A DNA stretch of 64,000 bases from an uncultured Acidobacteriota bacterium (lineage in GTDB: Bacteria; Acidobacteriota; UBA6911). The DNA lies in contig CAVXIH010000010.1 of assembly GCA_963761825.1 (NCBI GenBank), positions 155,554 to 219,553 of the forward strand. The letters run 5' to 3'. A program made the position numbers and the translations under genes. The notes below the pieces were generated by a model that saw nothing but the letters and a program-made list of their open reading frames with translations, searched no databases and had not been told where the DNA came from. The stretch's first letter is position 1, and the number at the start of each line of letters is the position of its first letter. Shown here piece after piece: positions 10,998 through 20,834 of the stretch.

Positions 10998-13075
10998 TTA
11001 TGCTTGTCCTAGCTTTTTATTCGACTGGAGCACGTCTGCGACATGTTTCATGCCGAGATCTTCCAGCGTTTTTCTCTTGGGATAGCCTGTTTTGGAATCC
11101 CAGCCTTCAATCTGATAAAAGGCGGTCTTCCATTGTTCGACGCCCTTGTCATCAAGATACAGTTCCCGGCAGTCGACCCAGTCCCACTTGGAACCGTCGT
11201 AGACCGGCAGCGTGGTCCCGAAGTTGGCCATGGATGCGCCCCGTTTGTACATATACCCTGAAAACTTTTCGTTTTCCCGGGTCCTGCCCTGCATTACGAA
11301 GATAGCCCTCTTCAGATTCCAGGCTCTGCGCCCGATTTCGATGCCATCCAGAAAAGTTTGGTTTCTCCCTGTGACGGCGTTGAGGAAACGGGGCTCCGCT
11401 TCCGGTGTCGCTCCCTTTCCGTCGGGATTGGACGGGATTGAAATAGTTGCCCATCGCCCAATCGCAAAAGAGCGCCGATTCCTTATAGTATGTTGCATAA
11501 TGCTGGTGCCAGGCGACGAACTTGGCTTTGTGGTCGGAGTAGATGCCGGTTTTATACGCCTGCTCCCCCTGCCAGCTGTAATCGAACATGAAGGGATCGT
11601 CGCTGTAGGGAGGACTCGCGGAGGCCAGCAATTTGACATATTGCTCGCAGGACATCAGCTTGGTGGGGCCAAGCTGCATGTCATGGTTGTTGATGTCTCT
11701 GGAATCCATCAGGTTGCCATAGGCCCACTCCACCGTCGGCATAGTCCAGTGATCCATGTATCCCCATGCGGGCAAACGCAGGATGCTGTTCAGGTCGCTG
11801 ATTCTTCCGATTTTTTCGGCGAAGCGGACGATCCCGTCGGCGAGCAAATCTCCTATCCCGATGCGCTTGGCGATTGCCAGCGCAAATATTTCGGCAAATT
11901 CCACTTTTTCATACTGATCCATCGGCAGTGGATGGGTGTCTACCTTTTTCCCCGGACCGATGACGCCCATGTCATACAGTTTCTTGACATACCACCCGGC
12001 GCCGGTATTCGCCGGGCATATCGATCCTATTTCAGTGCCCGGCAGTGCCGGGAAACTTGCGGCTCCCATGAAGCAGAGGTCGGAAGCATTCAATCCGAGC
12101 TTCTGGACCGCATCGCTTGCTTTCCACATGTCCGATGTCGGCGTGCGTTTGTATGGAGGAGAAGGAAGACTATACCAAACCATTTCGGTGCAGCTGTCCG
12201 AATCCACGCCCTGAATCTGGCTCCTGCTGTGGCATCCGCGATTGCAGCCCATGCAGCAGGAAACTCCCGGCTTTATATCCCTGCCGGGGCCGCGCTGGCC
12301 GCTCATAGGGAATGTGGCCTCAAACCACTCCCGTGCTTCCAGCACTGCCTTGGGATTGGCTATCTTGATGCTGCCGGTGCCGACGACCGCGATGGCCTTC
12401 AGGTTTTTGGATCCGAAAACGCCGCCGAATCCTCCCTGGCCTGCGCCGGATCCTCCGGCATGAACGAGGGAGGCGATACGGGATTTGTTTTCACCGGCCG
12501 GGCCGATAGTCACGATGGCGGGGCGCTGCGTGGAATATTTGTTTCCCAGTTTCTGCCACTCGGAGCCATATCGGACGGGAGCCTTTGTGCTCTCCATCTT
12601 CCAGATTTCTTCCTGGGTTTCCCAAACGTTGAGTCCCCACAAGGGGCCGGCATCTTCAATCGTGACTATTGTCGTCAACGATATTGATATAGACGGGTGA
12701 TTCCGATTTTCCCTGGACTACCACACCATCCCATCCGGCAAGCTTGAGCGCGGGTGCGAAACTGCCGCCGAAATTGCTGTGGCCGAACCAATTGATCGGC
12801 CAGGTCTGCGCAGCCAGACCGGAGACGCTGGTTCTTCCTGCAAATGCGAGTCCCGTGCCGGCCAGCGGCCCCGTCATCAATGCCACAATGTTTCTCGGAT
12901 CAAAGGCATCTTGAAGGTCCCAGCCGCCCGGAGCTACGCAGAGGTCCCAGAAAAGGGCGGTTCCTGTTCCGTGCCCGCCGCCATAGGCTTCATATTTTGC
13001 TGAATCCAGAGCACTGATTTGTCTGGTTGTCAGATTGATAAGAAGTATCTTGCCTGCAAATCCCGGTGTTCCCAT
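10998..13075 (-). pseudogene. Aldehyde:ferredoxin oxidoreductase (tungsten AOR family, YdhV-like) split into three frames, with frameshifts near 12656-12680 and 11400-11435
   Basis: The N-terminus FAGKILLINLTT...YGGGHGTGT sits in ORF 12656..13075. The middle with CDWAMG is in 11152..12678. The C-terminus AWNLKRA...GWD..TG.P...LEDLG is in 10998..11639. Confidence 0.7.
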
Positions 13076-13104
13076 TTGCGCTCTCCCTTCTTCACGCTTT
13101 GCGT

Positions 13105-13863
13105 TTAGTGCCCGGAAATATTCGGCTTTGCTTCCGGACTTGCGCCGGGAGGAGCTTTGGGAGGCGTCGGCGGCGCCAGATTCACGTCATAACCGCTGAT
13201 ATCGGCTTGCGCCGGCATTTCCGCGACCAGCTTCAATGCGCCCATCGGGCAAGTGGTAACGCAAGCCTGTTTGCCGGCAGGGCCGCCCTTTTTGCTGAAA
13301 TAGGGCGTGTGCACGCACAGATCGCATTTGGTCGTTTTCTGTGTCGCTGGATTCCAGATCGGGCGGTGCGGATGGTGCGGACAGGCTTTAACGCAGGACT
13401 GACAGCCGATGCATTTTTCGGCCGTGATCATGCGCACGTTGCCGTTCTCCGCGCTGACATGGCAGGCGCCTGTCGGGCAGCTTCTTACGCACAGCGGGTC
13501 GGGACATTGCCTGCATACGGCGATCTGGATGTCATAGGGATAGCGCGTGAGGACGGAGCGGCTGACCTGAATTCGCGACAATGAAGTGCTGGTCTCTCCG
13601 TCGTGGACCAGGGAACAGGCAAGCATGCAGCTCAGGCACCCCGCGCAGCGGCGGCTGTCGTACACCAGATATCCGGTCGATTTTTCATAGGGATTTTTGG
13701 GCGCTTCGGCGGCCGTCATGGCCACCGCCGCATCCGGTGTAAAGGCGGTTAGAGCTCCGCCCGCAAGGACGGTTCCGCTGCCGATAACAAAATCGCGTCT
13801 GGAAAAATTCTTCTTTTTCTGGGTAGTCTTCTCTCCGGCCATGGATAATACCTCCATCCCCAA
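13105..13863 (-). CDS. Tat-exported 4x[4Fe-4S] ferredoxin-type subunit (DmsB/YdhX-like), partner of the AOR
   Basis: Twin-arginine signal RRDFVIGSG and four Cys clusters (CAGCLSC.., CRQCPDPLC.., CIGCQSC.., CDLC..CVTTCP). Confidence 0.75.
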   Translation of the reverse strand: MGMEVLSMAGEKTTQKKKNFSRRDFVIGSGTVLAGGALTAFTPDAAVAMTAAEAPKNPYEKSTGYLVYDSRRCAGCLSCMLACSLVHDGETSTSLSRIQVSRSVLTRYPYDIQIAVCRQCPDPLCVRSCPTGACHVSAENGNVRMITAEKCIGCQSCVKACPHHPHRPIWNPATQKTTKCDLCVHTPYFSKKGGPAGKQACVTTCPMGALKLVAEMPAQADISGYDVNLAPPTPPKAPPGASPEAKPNISGH

Positions 13864-13954
13864 TTTTCCCCAGTTTTTGCAGGATATTCAATCTAATTGA
13901 CAGTTAAGCCCATGCAAATCCGCATTGGCCCCCAAAACGCTCGGAAGCTCCAGC

Positions 13955-13966
13955 GCAATCGATTGC
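13955..13966. promoter_or_regulatory. Perfect 12-bp palindrome GCAATCGATTGC with a neighbouring imperfect hairpin (ctggaatttc...gaaatccag) in the AOR-operon/DUF262 divergent region
   Basis: Read in the sequence. Candidate operator. Confidence 0.3.
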
Positions 13967-14223
13967 TGGAATTTCATGGCGATGCTCGAAATCCAGCAAT
14001 TGATTCCGATGCTGATTCCAACAAATTCTATTGTTTGCGGGAGAGGCGTCCATATTGTTGCTTTTGCACCACTGCTTGACTTGATATCATGCACCCGGCC
14101 ATGCGTTGCATGGACCGGGGCATAGGGTTAGGGAGACGTGCTAGGCAGCGCGGGATTGAGATGGATTTCCAGTGTCGATTTAGTCCGCATTGGGTAAAAA
14201 TAGGGCTGCGGTAGGAGGAGATT

Positions 14224-14967
14224 TTGGATTACCGCAATCGAAAAATCAGCACCAGGAATAAGAACCTCAGTGACTTTATATGCCAGCTTGCGGCCGGTGA
14301 GTTTCTGATTCCGACGTTTCAGCGCTTGTTCATTTGGGATCCGGAGCACATCGTCAATCTATGGGACAGCATCTACCGGTGCTATCCGATCGGCAGCATC
14401 CTGTGCTGGAAAACCAAAGTCCGGCTTCATGTCCACAGACAGTTGGGCGGATTTTATCTTCCGGAGGACAACGATTCCGACCAATCGTCACGGTCCTATA
14501 TTCTTGACGGGCAGCAGCGAGCTACGTCCCTGCTTGCCTCTTTTTACGGCGGGACGGGCAGAACCCGGGAGCAGTTTTCATTCGACTATACGCTCTACTT
14601 TGATTTGACCAAGGCGGAATTTTTCTTCGAGAAAGACTATTACAGGCATCGATGGGATGCCGATCCGGCGTTTCTCATTCGCCTGAAAGACGCCCCGGGC
14701 TTGTCGGCGGACTACTGTTGCTCGCTCACTTCTCTGCAGGGATTTTCCGAGTCGGTCAACAAGAATCTTGAGCAGTTGCAGTTTGTTTTTACGGATTACA
14801 GTATTCCCCTGATAAGTCTGGAGGGATACGACATTGCCGGCGTGTGCGGAATTTATGAGCGCATCAATCAGACCGGTGTGCGGCTGACGAATATGGACAT
14901 CCTGATCGCCAGAGGCTTTAAAAATTACGCTACCGTCGTCGAAGAGGATTTTCCCATTTCACAATAA
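14224..14967 (+). CDS. DUF262 (GmrSD N-terminal/ParB-like nuclease domain) protein. Stand-alone at 247 aa, with no DUF1524/HNH partner domain.
   Basis: FQR..W and DGQQR motifs of DUF262. Confidence 0.6.
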   Translation: MDYRNRKISTRNKNLSDFICQLAAGEFLIPTFQRLFIWDPEHIVNLWDSIYRCYPIGSILCWKTKVRLHVHRQLGGFYLPEDNDSDQSSRSYILDGQQRATSLLASFYGGTGRTREQFSFDYTLYFDLTKAEFFFEKDYYRHRWDADPAFLIRLKDAPGLSADYCCSLTSLQGFSESVNKNLEQLQFVFTDYSIPLISLEGYDIAGVCGIYERINQTGVRLTNMDILIARGFKNYATVVEEDFPISQ

Positions 14968-15012
14968 CGGGAGTTTTCCCGGCAACTGCCTGCTGCCGGT
15001 ATCCTGCTGCCA

Positions 15013-16056
15013 TTACAGTTCCACTATCTTTTCCAGCGCTTCGAACTGCTCCTGAGTTCCCAGCACAATCAGCACATCGCCTTTTTCGATCTTTGATAGT
15101 GCTTTAGGCTGCATTTCGAAGGCGCCGTCGGCTTTTCGCATGGCCAGAACCAAGGCGCCGGAAGTATTTGTGATGTCCGCATCCCGGACACTTTTGCCAA
15201 TCAGCGGTGAGCCTTCGGGGATGGTGATTTCGAACAGGCTGAAATCCACCTGTCCGCCATGAGTGACGAGATCGAGAAAGTCACTGGCCACGGGCCGTGT
15301 TGCCAGCGCTGCCATTCGGGTGCCTGATATGAAATAGGGCGAAATAACCCTGTTCGCGCCTGCCATAATCAGCTTTTTTTCGGTATCGTGCACGCCAGCT
15401 CTGGCCACGATGTTGAGGCCGGGATTCAAGACGCGCGCAGACAGCGTTACATAAACGTTGGCTACGTCCGAATCAGAGCAGGCCACAAGACCCTTGGCGT
15501 GCAGAATTCCCGCTGCCAACAAAATGCTGTCGTTGGTCGCATCCCCGAAGATGCCGGCGAAACCCTTGGCTTCCAGTTCTTCCAGGGTTTCTTTTTTGCT
15601 GTCGATTACCACGAAAGGGATGCGGGATGCTTCAAACGTTTGCGCTACCTGGTGGCCCACTCTGCCGAATCCGCAGATGATGTAGTGGTCTTTCATTTCC
15701 CTGATTATTTTGTCCATCCTCTTCCTCTTTCGATATCCGGTCATCTCGCCTTCAACGATAATCTCCACCGCCTGGCCCGCAGCATAGATGGCGCTGCCGA
15801 CACCGCCGACAATGATGAACATGGTGAAAATTCTGCCGGCTGGCGAAAGAGGGTGCACTTCCTGGAATCCGACGGCAAAAAGCGTCGTGGTGATCATATA
15901 AATGGCTTCCAGGAACGTCCATTTCTCGACGAGCGTATAGGCCAGGATGCCAAACAAAACCACAGACAGGATAACCAGAATTGCCGGCAGCAGTCTTCGA
16001 AACGGATGATTCATGGAACTCCCGTGCGCCAATAGGATCCGCCCGAACGGGGGCAA
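15013..16056 (-). CDS. Two-TM ion channel with RCK (TrkA-N/TrkA-C) domains. Its selectivity filter is atypical (TLFAVGFQE rather than T-V-G-Y-G).
   Basis: Pore helix plus GFGRVG Rossmann motif of the RCK domain. Confidence 0.75.
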   Translation of the reverse strand: MPPFGRILLAHGSSMNHPFRRLLPAILVILSVVLFGILAYTLVEKWTFLEAIYMITTTLFAVGFQEVHPLSPAGRIFTMFIIVGGVGSAIYAAGQAVEIIVEGEMTGYRKRKRMDKIIREMKDHYIICGFGRVGHQVAQTFEASRIPFVVIDSKKETLEELEAKGFAGIFGDATNDSILLAAGILHAKGLVACSDSDVANVYVTLSARVLNPGLNIVARAGVHDTEKKLIMAGANRVISPYFISGTRMAALATRPVASDFLDLVTHGGQVDFSLFEITIPEGSPLIGKSVRDADITNTSGALVLAMRKADGAFEMQPKALSKIEKGDVLIVLGTQEQFEALEKIVEL

Positions 16057-16122
16057 TGGACGGCTGGCATCATATCACGGTTCAGCGGTTGCCGCATTCT
16101 TGGAGAGAGGGGATGCTTCGAT

Positions 16123-17361
16123 TTGATATATACTTGGCCTGCAAGTGAAGCGATTAAGCCAAAGCCAGGAGTGGGAAATTTGGATCGACCAGACATAGTA
16201 CCTGTGACAGATGCCAGAACCTTGCGGCAGTTTATCCGGCTTCCGTGGAAGGTTTATCGCGAGGATCCTTTTTGGGTTCCGCCTCTGATCGTCGACATGC
16301 AGAAGGTGCTCGATAAAACCAAGTATCCCTTTTTCGATCACTCCTGCGCGGATTTATTTATTGCCGTGCGGCATGGCGAGGTGGTCGGTCGCATCGCGGC
16401 CATCCTGAACAACAATCACAATCGCTACCACAACGAAAGCACCGCCTTTTTCGGCTTCTTCGAATCGATTCCCGACCAGGACGTCGCCTCGGCGCTGCTT
16501 GATCGTGCCGCCCAGTGGGCACGGGATCGTGGCATGCATCAATTGCGCGGGCCGATGAATTACTCGACCAATGAAACCGTCGGGACCCTCATTGAAGGAT
16601 TTGATTCCTGCCCCTGCCTCATGATGCCTCACAATCCGCGCTATTATCCCGAGCTGATTGAAAAAGCCGGGTTTGACAAAGCGATGGACCTCTATGCCTG
16701 GTGGTTGCTGACCGAAAAAGGGTTGAATCCCAAAATTATTCGAGTGGGCGAGATGGTTTTGAAGGAGGAAGGAATACGGATTCGTACCATCGACATGAAA
16801 AAGTTTTGGGATGAAGTTGAAGTTCTCAAAAGAATCTATAACGATGCATGGAGCACCAACTGGGGATTTGTGCCCATGACGGATGCCGAATTCGGGCACA
16901 TGGCCAAAGATCTGAAAACGATCGTGGATCCGCGCGTGGTCCTGATCGCGGAAAAAAACGGGGAGCCGGTCGCATTCTCGCTAGCTCTGCCCGATTTCAA
17001 CCAGGCGTTGATAAAGATCAATGGAAGGCTTCTGCCGTTTGGCCTTCCCAAGCTGATCTATTATGGCCGCCATATCCGGCAGGTCCGCGTGCTGGCTCTG
17101 GGAATCGCAAAGAAGGTGCAGAACTGGGGCGGTCTCGGTGCCGCGCTTTATTACGAATCTTTCCGCCGCGGCGTGGCCGCGGGATATCAAAGCTGCGAGT
17201 TTTCCTGGACACTGGAAAACAACGACCTGATCAATCGAAGCATGCGGCTCTTCGGCGCTGAGATTTATAAGCGCTACCGCATATATCAAAAAGCGCTGCC
17301 GACTTTTTCCAGTTCCTCTGCCAGTACATCGACCGCGGTCCGTATTTCCTCTTCGGTGTGA
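16123..17361 (+). CDS. GNAT/FemAB-like N-acyltransferase, a candidate bacterial ceramide synthase (bCerS-like). An alternative TTG start at 16180 follows an AGGAG box.
   Basis: Acyltransferase-like fold signature. Gene context with spt, ACP, acyl-ACP synthetase and a CerR-like reductase. Confidence 0.5.
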   Translation: MIYTWPASEAIKPKPGVGNLDRPDIVPVTDARTLRQFIRLPWKVYREDPFWVPPLIVDMQKVLDKTKYPFFDHSCADLFIAVRHGEVVGRIAAILNNNHNRYHNESTAFFGFFESIPDQDVASALLDRAAQWARDRGMHQLRGPMNYSTNETVGTLIEGFDSCPCLMMPHNPRYYPELIEKAGFDKAMDLYAWWLLTEKGLNPKIIRVGEMVLKEEGIRIRTIDMKKFWDEVEVLKRIYNDAWSTNWGFVPMTDAEFGHMAKDLKTIVDPRVVLIAEKNGEPVAFSLALPDFNQALIKINGRLLPFGLPKLIYYGRHIRQVRVLALGIAKKVQNWGGLGAALYYESFRRGVAAGYQSCEFSWTLENNDLINRSMRLFGAEIYKRYRIYQKALPTFSSSSASTSTAVRISSSV

Positions 17362-18821
17362 GTCGCGCTGATAAAAAACCTCAGCCTGGCGGCATTTTCC
17401 TCGACTGCAGGATGGACGATCGGCTGGACATTAATGCGCCGGGCAGCCATCGCGTGACTCACCTGCATGCTTTGATTCGAGTTGCCGATGATGGCAGGGA
17501 TGACGGCCGCGCCCGCAGACAATCCCGTATTGATTCCCTTGCTGCGGGCAAGGTCGAGAAAAAGTTTCGCTCGCCGGCGCAGCCGTTCGACGATTTCCGG
17601 GTGGCGCTGCATGAGCTCCAGAGATTTCAGCGCAGCGGCCGCATTCGGGGCGGGCATTCCCACAGAGTAGAGAAATCCCGGTGTCGTGTACTTAAGATAG
17701 TGCACAAGCTGCCTGCTGCCCGCGATGTAGCCGCCGCAGCTGGCAAAGGACTTGGACAGCGTCCCCATCCAGAGGTCAACGTCCTGAGGATCGATCCCGG
17801 GATAATGGTGGGCGATACCGCGTCCCGAAGGGCCCAGCACTCCTATGGAGTGTGCCTCGTCGACTATCAGGTTGCATCGAAACCGTTTCTTCAATTCGAT
17901 CAGGCCGGGCAGGTCACAGATATCGCCATCCATCGAAAAAAGCCCTTCAGTACAAATAAGGACTCTCCGGTATTGGCTGCGATACTGCGCCAGCGTCTGT
18001 TCAAGTTCCGTCAGATCGCCGTGTGAAAACGATCGCCGTTTCGCGCCGGATAAATATATTCCCTGAATGATGCTGTCGTGACAAAGAGCATCGTGCAGGA
18101 TCAGGTCATTCCTATCGAACAGGTGGCCGATGGTTGTGACGTTGGTGGCGTGGCCGCTGACAAAAACCACCGCATCCTCCACGCCGATATGCTGCGCGAG
18201 CCCCTGTTCGAGTTCCCGATGAATGGGGCGCTCCCCGGAAACCAGACGGCTGGCCGATACGGATGTTCCGAAACGGTCGGTGGCGTCCTTGGCGGCAGCG
18301 TTGACTTCGGGGTGTCCTGAAAATCCAAGATAGTTGTAGCTTGAAAAATTGAGCATCTCGACGCCATCGATGACGCTCCGGTTTCTTGCGGTCCCGTCAT
18401 GGGCGCGGAAATAGGGATTCTTCAGCCCGATCCGCTCCATTTCCTGAAGCCGCCGTTCGAGGTTTTTAACTTCGGGAAAATCCGCTATATTCCAGCACTC
18501 GGTGGCTGGCGGCGTTGCTTTTTCCGTTGCCGGGTTTTGCTTCGGATCCTGTATTTCACCGGGCGCCGCCTGCTCTGACGGGGACAATCTGCGAACAAGA
18601 TTCAGAAGATCACCCACGCTGCCGAGAGCGGCAACTTCTTCGTCCCTTATGCGTATCGAGAAGTCTTCCTCCAGAAGGCCTATCACCTCCATCACCGCCA
18701 CGGAATCCAGGCCGAGTTCTGAAATCTTTGTTTCCGTGTCAATGTTCCCGAGTTCCTTCAGGCTGATGTTATAAACAGCAGCCTTGAGAACGTGTATCAG
18801 TTCCTGATCCGTGCTTTTCAT
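17286..18821 (-). CDS. spt: Acyl carrier protein fused to a serine palmitoyltransferase-like alpha-oxoamine synthase
   Basis: N-terminal ACP motif GLDSVAVME. PLP-lysine motif GTLSKSF.SCGGY of the KBL/AONS/SPT family. Confidence 0.8.
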   Translation of the reverse strand: MKSTDQELIHVLKAAVYNISLKELGNIDTETKISELGLDSVAVMEVIGLLEEDFSIRIRDEEVAALGSVGDLLNLVRRLSPSEQAAPGEIQDPKQNPATEKATPPATECWNIADFPEVKNLERRLQEMERIGLKNPYFRAHDGTARNRSVIDGVEMLNFSSYNYLGFSGHPEVNAAAKDATDRFGTSVSASRLVSGERPIHRELEQGLAQHIGVEDAVVFVSGHATNVTTIGHLFDRNDLILHDALCHDSIIQGIYLSGAKRRSFSHGDLTELEQTLAQYRSQYRRVLICTEGLFSMDGDICDLPGLIELKKRFRCNLIVDEAHSIGVLGPSGRGIAHHYPGIDPQDVDLWMGTLSKSFASCGGYIAGSRQLVHYLKYTTPGFLYSVGMPAPNAAAALKSLELMQRHPEIVERLRRRAKLFLDLARSKGINTGLSAGAAVIPAIIGNSNQSMQVSHAMAARRINVQPIVHPAVEENAARLRFFISATHTEEEIRTAVDVLAEELEKVGSAF

Positions 18822-18918
18822 TATTGGAACGCTCTTCTTTGAAAAACCTGCCGCGCACAGGCGCCTGCATCGGCAGCAACGAAAATGGAGAATAGAAAGA
18901 CAGCATGCTGTGGTTCAG

Positions 18919-20640
18919 TCAGCTGAGGACCATGCCTTCTGCCGGAGAGGATTCTGTTACGCTGCCCGGGAATCCGAGCTGGCCCTCTTCAAACAGAGCC
19001 TTGGTTTGCCTGCGCTGCAGTTTGCCGCTGGAAGTTTTCGGAATAGATCCACGCCCGACAAGCACGACCTTGTGCACCGCAAGGCCGAGCGCAGATCGCA
19101 CCTGATTGCCGATTACCAGCGCCAGTTCTTCACTATTCGTCATGGTGGTTTCCGCAATGATTACAAGCTTCTCGGTGGAATCCCCATTGACCGAGAATGC
19201 CACTACACTGCCTTTGCGAATGCCCGCGATTTCTTCGACAATCCATTCGATTGCCTGCGGAGGATAATTGCGACCATTGATAATGACCAGATCTTTCTGC
19301 CTCCCGGAAACATACAGATCGCCGTTGAGGATAAAGCCGAGATCGCCGGTATGGAGCCAGCCTCCCTGCAACAGTTGGCGCGAAGCTTCCGGATTTTGAA
19401 AATATCCAGGAGTAACACTCGGTCCGCGGAAGACAATTTCACCCACCTGGCCTTCCGGAAGCGGTTTGCCTGTGTTGTTCAGGATCCTGATTTCGTGGCC
19501 CGGGAAAGTGCGCCCGCAGGAGACCAGCTCAAATTTCCTCTTCGGATCCGTTACTTCTTCGTCGGAGCCGATGGGACGCGCTATGCTCCTGGTCTCATAG
19601 GCGTGGCGGTCGATTACCAGCTTTTGCATAGGTTTATGCAAATGGTCGAAAGCGATCGCAAGCGTTGCTTCCGCCATCCCATAGCACGGCAGGACCGCAT
19701 TCGGTTTGAGCCCCAGGGGCGCAAAGGCGGCAATAAAGCTTTCCATCGTTTTGGGGTTGATCGGTTCCGCGCCGCAGCCGAGGACGCGCAGACAGGATAA
19801 ATCCGGATTAATGCGAGACGTCTTGGGCGCTCGCTTCGCAGCAAGTTCAAAAGCGAAATTTGGTCCGAAGGTGATCGTTGCGCGATATTTATGGACCGTC
19901 TCCATCCATACGCCGGGATGCTTTACGAACGCAATTGTCGGAATGAATACTACCGGAATTTGCGCGACCATCGTTGCGATCACAAATCCAATGAGACCCA
20001 TATCATGATAGAGGGGAAGCCAGCTTACGGCGCGATCGGTATCCGGGTGAATTTCGAGACTCTTGATGGTTGCCTTTGCGTTGGCAATGAGATTTCTGTG
20101 TGTGACGATGACTCCTCTCGGCGCCGAGGTGGATCCCGACGTGAATTGGAGAAAGCAGGGCTCGTCCGGCCTTGTCCCTGGCTCGTTCAGCGTCAGGTCC
20201 CCCATTTGCTGCAGGGATTCAATGTCCAGAATGCTTTGTAGCGTGGGCACGCGGGAAAGAACAGGCTGAAGCAAAGGAATGAGTTCTTTGGTGGTGAGCA
20301 GCGCTTTTGCGCCGGAGACACGCAAAATGCCAGCCGCTCTGTCGATATAATTATCCAGTCGGCCAAGTGCCAGGGGAGGGTACATAGGAACGGGCATGAC
20401 TCCCATGCTGACCGCCCCAAGGAAAGATAGAACAAAATCTTCCGGGGCGTTCAAAACCAGGGCAAGACGATCCCCTTTCGTCAAGCCGAGTGTTTGAAGG
20501 CACGCACCGAGCCTCTTAGCCTCCCTGCAAGCCTCCGAATAGGACCAGTCGGCGGGCGTGAGGTCGTTGTCAAGGAATGTATAGCCTTTATGCTCTATGT
20601 GCGCAATCGCATCACACGCAGCATTCAGCGTCTCTTCCAT
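18919..20640 (-). CDS. Fatty acyl-AMP ligase / acyl-ACP synthetase (adenylate-forming)
   Basis: 573 aa, ANL superfamily, with a FAAL-like N-terminus. Confidence 0.75.
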   Translation of the reverse strand: MEETLNAACDAIAHIEHKGYTFLDNDLTPADWSYSEACREAKRLGACLQTLGLTKGDRLALVLNAPEDFVLSFLGAVSMGVMPVPMYPPLALGRLDNYIDRAAGILRVSGAKALLTTKELIPLLQPVLSRVPTLQSILDIESLQQMGDLTLNEPGTRPDEPCFLQFTSGSTSAPRGVIVTHRNLIANAKATIKSLEIHPDTDRAVSWLPLYHDMGLIGFVIATMVAQIPVVFIPTIAFVKHPGVWMETVHKYRATITFGPNFAFELAAKRAPKTSRINPDLSCLRVLGCGAEPINPKTMESFIAAFAPLGLKPNAVLPCYGMAEATLAIAFDHLHKPMQKLVIDRHAYETRSIARPIGSDEEVTDPKRKFELVSCGRTFPGHEIRILNNTGKPLPEGQVGEIVFRGPSVTPGYFQNPEASRQLLQGGWLHTGDLGFILNGDLYVSGRQKDLVIINGRNYPPQAIEWIVEEIAGIRKGSVVAFSVNGDSTEKLVIIAETTMTNSEELALVIGNQVRSALGLAVHKVVLVGRGSIPKTSSGKLQRRQTKALFEEGQLGFPGSVTESSPAEGMVLS

Positions 20641-20834
20641 ATCCTCCTCGTCCCGTCAGGGCGCGTTGGATTGCAGGTTCCCTGCAAGGGCAGGCATATG
20701 AAAACCTTAATCGCCCCTGGATCCAATCCCGGCAACCTTTGTTATCACGCTATCTTGATTTGCTGGTCGAACATAGCCTGTTTTGCGCAGACTTTCAATC
20801 AGTTTTCCCAGGGGATAGCGCCTATCATTGCCAG

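Noticed and set aside
11212-12687. 491-aa plus-strand ORF
   Set aside because: It is antisense to the AOR-family gene and has no protein-like features.
18811-19800. 329-aa plus-strand ORF
   Set aside because: It is antisense to the FAAL/acyl-ACP synthetase gene.
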